DNA of 64,000 nt. Source: Methylococcaceae bacterium. Lineage in GTDB: Bacteria > Pseudomonadota > Gammaproteobacteria > Methylococcales > Methylomonadaceae. The DNA lies in NCBI GenBank assembly GCA_006844585.1, contig SPJM01000340.1, positions 4,044 to 68,043 of the forward strand. The letters run 5' to 3'. Below, piece by piece: positions 58,079 to 64,000 of this stretch. Both the position numbers and the translations under genes were made by a program. Under the pieces are notes generated by a model that saw nothing but the letters and a program-made list of their open reading frames with translations, did no database searches and had not been told where the DNA came from. Position 1 is the stretch's first letter; each line of letters opens with the position of its first letter.

Positions 58079-59078
58079 TGATTTCTCCTTTGATAACTAT
58101 TTCAACTTGCTGATTCTGCAATTTATCGAACTGCGGTTGCCCTGAAAACATTTTTAGCGTCTGTTCGGCAACATTAATGCCGGTGGCAGGGAAAATCCCG
58201 GCATATGAACTGGTTAATCGCGGATTAATTTCCAGCACTAACAAACCTTCTTGTTTCGAATCAATGACATCGATACCGATATAACCCCATAATTCAGGTA
58301 ATGCTTCTGCAATCTGCTGAACCAGCCGCTGAATTTTTTGTAAATCATTGACTGGAATATTGACTATGCATTTCTGTAATTCAAGGCGCTTATTTTGCGC
58401 CCTAACCACTTGTTCATTACAACACAGCAACCAGGCCCGTCCATTTTTGAACAAGCAGGAAAGACTCATTGCCTTTCCTTCGATATAAGGCTGAATAATA
58501 TAATCTTCAAGACAAACCAGCCTATTCATAACTTCAAAAACTTCCTGCTCTGAAGCAAGCTGGTAGCTTTGTTCACAACCGACGCCGTCTACCGGTTTTA
58601 TAACAACCTTCTGTCCTGTAAACCGGTAGCTCAAACTTAAAACAGCCGTTTCAACCACCGCTATGTTATTAGCTTGCAAGCACTGTATGGTTTTCAGTTT
58701 ATCACTGCAAACCGCAACCGCGCCAGGACTGGACAAACACATTTTAGCGCTGCAGGAAACAGCCAGTTTAGCTAAATCACTTAAAACGCCATCTGTTTCA
58801 GGGGCAATCGGCCAAAACACATCAAAATCACACAATCGTTGACTGATTTGCTGATAAATATCCTTATTTTCATCAGCCAACACCCTATTAACGCCTTCCG
58901 GCAACTGGAGGCGCATCGAGCGATAATCGCAATAAACCCAAACGTCTACATTCGCCAAAAACTTTATTTCCTGTAGCAATCCTTGTACCATCAACATTCC
59001 TTCATGACACAGCTCTACAGGCATTGGCTGATTAATAAAACCGCCGCCGGTGACGAACTCAAAAATCAATATTTTCAC
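58071..59078 (-). CDS. ATP-grasp protein (Orf1/MfnD-like tyramine-glutamate ligase)
   Basis: MKILIFEFVTGGG, WPIAPETDG, IKPVDGVGC, LEINPRLTSSY; GTG start. Confidence 0.85.
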   Translation of the reverse strand: MKILIFEFVTGGGFINQPMPVELCHEGMLMVQGLLQEIKFLANVDVWVYCDYRSMRLQLPEGVNRVLADENKDIYQQISQRLCDFDVFWPIAPETDGVLSDLAKLAVSCSAKMCLSSPGAVAVCSDKLKTIQCLQANNIAVVETAVLSLSYRFTGQKVVIKPVDGVGCEQSYQLASEQEVFEVMNRLVCLEDYIIQPYIEGKAMSLSCLFKNGRAWLLCCNEQVVRAQNKRLELQKCIVNIPVNDLQKIQRLVQQIAEALPELWGYIGIDVIDSKQEGLLVLEINPRLTSSYAGIFPATGINVAEQTLKMFSGQPQFDKLQNQQVEIVIKGEISG

Positions 59079-59083
59079 AAACG

Positions 59084-59779
59084 ATGCAAATTATTCCGGT
59101 TATCGATTTAAAAAACGGCAGAGTTGTACATGCCCATCAAGGCAACAGACAATCTTATCAACCCGTTCAAAGTTATTTAAGCTCATCTTCTCTGATTGAG
59201 GAAGTAATAGAAGGCTTTTTCAAGCTGTTTCCATTCAAAAAAATGTACATTGCTGATTTAGACGCCATTGAACAAAACGGCAACCATAAAGCAATGATAA
59301 ACAGCGTTATTAAACAATATCCTGAAATAGAATTTTGGGTAGACTACGGCGCGCAACTCTCCAGCCTTTCAGCCCAAGAAAAGCAACCCAATAAAATCAT
59401 CATCGGCAGCGAATCACAAATAACTGCTCAGAAAATCCCTGATTCATCTTGCATTCTATCGTTGGATTTTAAAGACCAACAAGCGCTAGGACCCCAACAA
59501 TTTTTTGAAGACCCTACTTTATGGCCGGACTATATTATTATCATGACTTTATCGCGGGTGGGAAATTTTGATGGCCCGGACTTAGAAAAACTCAAACACT
59601 TTAAGCGCCAATGTCCGCAAAAGCATTTTGTCGCAGCAGGCGGTATTCGAGGGTTTGAAGATTTATCAATATTGCGAAATTTAGGCGTCAATCACGCCCT
59701 GGTAGCCAGTTGCCTACATTCCGGAAGCTTAACTCAACAACAAATAAAAACTTTACAGCAAAAAAAATACCCCGATTAA
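59084..59779 (+). CDS. HisA/HisF-like TIM-barrel protein (Orf17-like)
   Basis: MQIIPVIDLKNGRVVHA, YIADLDAI, MTLSRVG, AAGGIRG. Confidence 0.85.
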   Translation: MQIIPVIDLKNGRVVHAHQGNRQSYQPVQSYLSSSSLIEEVIEGFFKLFPFKKMYIADLDAIEQNGNHKAMINSVIKQYPEIEFWVDYGAQLSSLSAQEKQPNKIIIGSESQITAQKIPDSSCILSLDFKDQQALGPQQFFEDPTLWPDYIIIMTLSRVGNFDGPDLEKLKHFKRQCPQKHFVAAGGIRGFEDLSILRNLGVNHALVASCLHSGSLTQQQIKTLQQKKYPD

Positions 59780-59791
59780 CGGGGTATTTTT
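59763..59791. terminator. Bidirectional rho-independent terminator between orf17 and fae
   Basis: aaaaatacccc-gattaac-ggggtattttt perfect 11-bp stem with A and T flanks; the orf17 TAA is in the loop. Confidence 0.85.
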
Positions 59792-59832
59792 CTCTTTCTC
59801 TAACTAGCTGAAATTGCTAATGCAATGTTTGC

Positions 59833-60342
59833 TTAGTTAGCAGCAAAAGGATGCTCAGCAGTTGCTTTAGCCGCTACAACCTCAGCAGCAGTTGGCGAAC
59901 CGTTCACAGCGCGCTCAATTGCTTCTTTAGTTGCGGTATAGTTGTATTCTTGGATTTTAGCATCATCATCAGCCAACCAGTGGATGAAAACACCCACAGA
60001 GATGAACAAATCATCAGCTTCATCAGCAGGAATCACGCCATTTTCAACACTATCAGCCACAGCCATCGCAACACCGCGTTGAGCCGGTCCAAACATTTGA
60101 ACAGCTTGCTTGCTACCTTTGATAGTAACTTTATTGAACATAACAGTTGCCGGCTTGACCATCAAGTTTGGCGCTACAACAGCCAACAAGCTGGAGAAAC
60201 CGTCTTTGTTGTTAGTTAAGCAGTTTGCAAACGCAGACTCGCCTGCCGAACCGCGCGGTCCAATCATCAAATCAATATGCGCTACTTCGTTACCATCACC
60301 TACTAAAGACTCGCCTACACGTAAATTGTTGATTTTAGCCAT
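59833..60342 (-). CDS. fae: Formaldehyde-activating enzyme
   Basis: [22 protein letters not shown]...[17 protein letters not shown]...GVFIHW...YNY.ATKEAI. Confidence 0.98.
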   Translation of the reverse strand: MAKINNLRVGESLVGDGNEVAHIDLMIGPRGSAGESAFANCLTNNKDGFSSLLAVVAPNLMVKPATVMFNKVTIKGSKQAVQMFGPAQRGVAMAVADSVENGVIPADEADDLFISVGVFIHWLADDDAKIQEYNYTATKEAIERAVNGSPTAAEVVAAKATAEHPFAAN

Positions 60343-60449
60343 TTCTTATTTCTCTCCAAAAAATGTAACAAATAAATATTTCAATTTAAAAATAGCGGAT
60401 GCTATCTCTTTATTGGCAAATCCATTTATGCCCAATCAACAGATCGCTC

Positions 60450-61301
60450 TTATTGACCAACTGCTTCCAATAAATTAACCAGTACAGTTGCCACTGTCAT
60501 ATCGGCACTGGTACCCGGATTCACCCCTCTTTGTTTTAGTTCCTTATCCGCCTGATGCAAAACCGGAAGCAACAATTCAGGGTTTTCAGTTGTCATTAGG
60601 GCTTGATGAATGTCATTCATTTGCTCTATCAACCAACTTGAGTACTTCATACCATATTTCCGCTCAACATGACTATCAGGATAGCGCGATAGCAAGGCCG
60701 TATATGCTGAAACAGCAGCCCACTTCCGTTCACCAAATTTCGCGAGTGTCGAATTATACACGAAAATTGTAAATTGAAAAATATCTTTATAGATTGTTGC
60801 GAACTGGTAAGCAATTCTGTCTTTTTCACTGGCGATCTCCATCGCCTCCGTCAGCGTTACAGTGGGCTGCTGAGAAACATCTTGCGACTCCGACTCGCCT
60901 AAACCGCCAGGCGACGCCAAGGAAATCGCCTTGAACACCCAAGCCGCATCTTGCCGAGTTGTATTCGCCAATAATTTCGTCAATTCCGTCTGCAGACTTT
61001 GCCCGGCATCCAGGTTTTCAGCGACCTGTATCAAAGGGGCGCACAGTAAAACAATGCCTAAATTGGTATTACAGCCGACCGCCTCACGAGTCGCTTTAAC
61101 AGCATAATATATTTTTTCGCCAAGAGAAAATTCCGGACAAGTAATGGGGTTGGAGCTAACTCGATAACTCTGCCGAAAGTCTTCCACCGTCATATCATGA
61201 CCATCATGATAAACACTTACATTGCCCGGTTTAAAGGCCAGCAATTCCTCTTCACAAGCCTGCTCATAAAATGCTTTGAGCTGTTGTCGCGTCGCCATCA
61301 A
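60450..61301 (-). CDS. CitG-like triphosphoribosyl-dephospho-CoA synthase family protein (Orf7-like)
   Basis: AFKPGNVS, NTNLGIVLLCAPL, PDSHVERKYG, NPGTSAD. Confidence 0.88.
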   Translation of the reverse strand: MMATRQQLKAFYEQACEEELLAFKPGNVSVYHDGHDMTVEDFRQSYRVSSNPITCPEFSLGEKIYYAVKATREAVGCNTNLGIVLLCAPLIQVAENLDAGQSLQTELTKLLANTTRQDAAWVFKAISLASPGGLGESESQDVSQQPTVTLTEAMEIASEKDRIAYQFATIYKDIFQFTIFVYNSTLAKFGERKWAAVSAYTALLSRYPDSHVERKYGMKYSSWLIEQMNDIHQALMTTENPELLLPVLHQADKELKQRGVNPGTSADMTVATVLVNLLEAVGQ

Positions 61302-62218
61302 ATAACCTTACTCTTGTTAACATCGTCAGTATTTATATATCGCTTAATCAGATCTGCAACCAGCAACTCCGCCACATTAAGCTGACAAACACTTTGCAAT
61401 CCCTTCCATGCCGGAATGCTGTTCACTTCAATCACCATATGCCGCCCCTTTTCATCCTGCATAATATCCACGCCGGCATAATCCATATCCAGAATCCGAG
61501 TCGCCTCAACCGCCATTTTCGCCACCTCGCCGCTTAGCCGAACAGGCTCGCAATCCGCCCCTCTCGCCACATTATTCAACCAAAAGCGCCCCATTCTACG
61601 CATTGCAGCAATCGCCCGTCCATTGATGACAAATACCCGCATATCCGAGTACCCCAGCCCCCGACTCCGGACAAACTTTTGCAAATAAAACACGCCGGCA
61701 TTATCTGTTAACCAAAATAAATCGGTCATTTTCTCAAAACGCCGAATACCTTCGCCCTGCGAACCGAATAACGGCTTACTGATAACCCTATTACCGCTTT
61801 TCAATAACCGCTCAGCTATCTTCACAGCTTCAGATCTATCTTTCAACACCCAGGTTTCCGGCGTCAACAACCCGGCGCGATTCAAAAGAAAACTGGTCAT
61901 TGCCTTGTCTACGCTACGCTCAACAGCGCGACCATCGTTATAGACCGGCGTCCCTAATAATTTTAATGCGTGCAGTATATCCAAATACAGGACCACTTCT
62001 TCCAGGCTACCGCCCGGCACGCCGCGTACGAACGCGGCGGCGGGTAAAGCATTTTCAAACCCCGGAATCTGCACTGACGAAAAATCGCCTTGACCAATGT
62101 GCAAGCGGCATTCAGTCAAAGATACGTATTCAGCAATAAAACCATGATTAGCCAACGCCAACTTCAGTTGCTTGCCGTGCCAACCGGGATCATCCGTAAA
62201 AATGGCTACTCGAGACAA
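61298..62218 (-). CDS. RimK-family ATP-grasp glutamate ligase (Orf5-like)
   Basis: DPGWHG, VRGVPGGSLEEVV, SVDKAMTS, KPLFGSQGEG, IEVNSIPAW; TTG start. Confidence 0.9.
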   Translation of the reverse strand: MSRVAIFTDDPGWHGKQLKLALANHGFIAEYVSLTECRLHIGQGDFSSVQIPGFENALPAAAFVRGVPGGSLEEVVLYLDILHALKLLGTPVYNDGRAVERSVDKAMTSFLLNRAGLLTPETWVLKDRSEAVKIAERLLKSGNRVISKPLFGSQGEGIRRFEKMTDLFWLTDNAGVFYLQKFVRSRGLGYSDMRVFVINGRAIAAMRRMGRFWLNNVARGADCEPVRLSGEVAKMAVEATRILDMDYAGVDIMQDEKGRHMVIEVNSIPAWKGLQSVCQLNVAELLVADLIKRYINTDDVNKSKVI

Positions 62219-62221
62219 GAA

Positions 62222-63205
62222 TTATGCCCCGAAAGACAGATCTAATAACTCATTATCAAGCCTACCCGCCCTAAAGCTCTTGCCGGATTCAACCGCTGTC
62301 ACGATCACGCTGGCCGGACTAAACAACATACCGTCTATTTTGAAAAAATCATAATTGTATGATTTAAAAATTTCAGCAAAAGGCTTACCGTAATCCTTTG
62401 AAGTTGAACTCGGCAATTGTTGCGCCAATTGCTCAGCATCTTCATCACTGCCTTTTACAAACAAATGCGCCTGACCGGCAAACAAAATCGCGTCATTGGT
62501 TCTCCCCATCGCTTTCACGAAATCCGGGTGCGGAGGACAAATCGGCGCGCTGCCGTTGCCGTCGATAATATTTTCCAATGGAAAATGCAATTCATGCGCC
62601 TTATGCATCGCCACTTCCAGTACGCGGCCGACTACTTGCACACAACCCGCTAAACTGCTGGTCGGGGTCACGATAATAGTTAATTTTTTGGGTGAAATAC
62701 CGCACGCCGCAGCTACTTTGTCAACAATTTCCACCGGCGGTATCGCGTCATTCTCAATCACTAAAGCAGTACTTTCAAAATCATCGTGATAGGCCAGTTC
62801 TTTATACAACTCTTCAACCGGACCCACGACGCCCTCTCTTTCTTTTCTCGCCATGGATCTTGCCGGCCCGGAACCTAAAGCGTAATATTTTTCATGAGAC
62901 AAACTCCACCCGGCATATTGACTTCCCAAACACGCCAAGACAGGATTTGTCGAATGCACATTAACAGTTAACGGCCAGTTTTGGGTATAACAACTGTTGT
63001 TAATAGAGACATTCCCCATTCCACCCAAGCAAATCTCGGTAATGATGCGCCCGGCTTCCAGCCCGCCCGGCGCATTGATGCCGGCATCGATTATCGTGCA
63101 TCCGTTTCCTAAATGACTGATACGCAATCGTAATTTATCCGCCTGATCGATCAACTCCTGAACCAAAGGCTGAGAAAGCCTATTAACACTCGCTTTATAT
63201 TGCAT
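62222..63205 (-). CDS. mch: Methenyl-H4MPT cyclohydrolase
   Basis: GGLEAG...[60 protein letters not shown]. Confidence 0.97.
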   Translation of the reverse strand: MQYKASVNRLSQPLVQELIDQADKLRLRISHLGNGCTIIDAGINAPGGLEAGRIITEICLGGMGNVSINNSCYTQNWPLTVNVHSTNPVLACLGSQYAGWSLSHEKYYALGSGPARSMARKEREGVVGPVEELYKELAYHDDFESTALVIENDAIPPVEIVDKVAAACGISPKKLTIIVTPTSSLAGCVQVVGRVLEVAMHKAHELHFPLENIIDGNGSAPICPPHPDFVKAMGRTNDAILFAGQAHLFVKGSDEDAEQLAQQLPSSTSKDYGKPFAEIFKSYNYDFFKIDGMLFSPASVIVTAVESGKSFRAGRLDNELLDLSFGA

Positions 63206-64000
63206 AATTTAAGTTACCCTTCAAAAAGTTTTCTATCGCCCGGGTTTTGTCATCCAGGCTTTTCATTAATTGTTCGGTGGATTTCGCTGTCGCGACAATA
63301 CTGCAAACGGGAAGGCCCAGCCCAATCTTCTGCCCACTCTGCGGCCTATCTTTCACCCAATCAGGCCAAGCAATTTCAGAGCCAATTTCCACAAAAGTCC
63401 CCGCATAAATAATTTTAAATCCGCGATATTGTTTTGGACTTGTGCGGTTTTGGCTGTCATCCCCAAAATAAGATTGCATATGCGTATTCATCACTTTGCT
63501 ATAAAGCTGTATGCTTGCCGTCGGCCGCGGATTAATTTCTAAAACATAACAACGTTGATTAAAATAGATAAAATCCAGACCGTTAATACCCGTTAAAGCA
63601 AAACAATCAACAATTTTTTGTATCCATTCCAACAATTGCCGCTGTACAGAGTTTGGAAATTCAAGCTCAGTAATCACGCCCGAAAATAAATACCCTTGAG
63701 TCGTCAATTGTTTTTGAATTCCTAAAATTGTAGCTGTATTTTGTGCAGCATGCGCGGCAAACAATGCAGACATTACTTGACCCGGCATATATCGTTGCCA
63801 ATAAACCGAAGCGCCATCTTGCGCCCCATCAATAGCATCAGCAACGCCTAAACCGCCTTCGCTTTTAAAAGACTTGACCAACCATCCAGTCAATTTTTCA
63901 GGCTGTTGAAATACCACTTCAGGAAAAGCAATGCCGGAGCTATTCAAACGCTGAAAAAAATATCGTTTATTTTGCAATTGTCGAATCGAAAACGTCGAAT
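63195..64000 (-). CDS. ATP-grasp protein (OrfY-like), 5' end beyond the window
   Basis: [30 protein letters not shown]; frame open to the window edge; overlaps the mch start. Confidence 0.8.
   Translation of the reverse strand, partial: STFSIRQLQNKRYFFQRLNSSGIAFPEVVFQQPEKLTGWLVKSFKSEGGLGVADAIDGAQDGASVYWQRYMPGQVMSALFAAHAAQNTATILGIQKQLTTQGYLFSGVITELEFPNSVQRQLLEWIQKIVDCFALTGINGLDFIYFNQRCYVLEINPRPTASIQLYSKVMNTHMQSYFGDDSQNRTSPKQYRGFKIIYAGTFVEIGSEIAWPDWVKDRPQSGQKIGLGLPVCSIVATAKSTEQLMKSLDDKTRAIENFLKGNLNYAI

Overview
Chromosomal window from a gammaproteobacterial methylotroph, most likely a Methylococcales methanotroph. This is inferred from the fae/mch/H4MPT-methylofuran cluster and the style of the Fae sequence; no pmo or mxa genes are in view. 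Left to right: partial hybrid histidine kinase plus REC-LuxR regulator; an AAA-ATPase/putative nuclease pair (defence-like); a multicopper oxidase; an ACT-less relA; the conserved tig-clpP-clpX-lon-hupB-tRNA-Val-tRNA-Asp-ppiD block with tRNA-Leu; a 9-kb uncharacterised polarity/signalling neighbourhood (FimW-like, signal-less PBP-fold protein, stand-alone Aer-type PAS, two Roadblock-type proteins, MglA/CvnD-type small GTPase, REC-wHTH protein, FimV-TPR-like protein, acidic SPOR protein); gcvR-bcp and an AI-2E permease; a Che2/F7-like chemotaxis operon with ParA, two STAS proteins and an Aer/Aer2 hybrid receptor; a decayed TonB-receptor(ZnuD-like)-zur locus hidden in an apparent intergenic gap; rpsF-rpsR-DUF2232-rplI-rfaD-waaA; a Cys-tailed MarR with a perfect operator facing a secreted protein; a sigma54-promoted PEP-CTERM-like protein; a tandem pair of dynamin-like GTPases; and the H4MPT/methylofuran C1-transfer cluster, truncated at the right edge. 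Best candidates for undescribed systems are (1) the conservon/MglAB-like GTPase operon with cytoplasmic PAS and PBP-fold inputs, (2) the dynamin-like GTPase pair next to the C1 cluster and (3) the ATPase-nuclease pair. No CRISPR array, rRNA, integrase or transposase was seen. All family assignments come from motif recognition by eye; no database searches were run.
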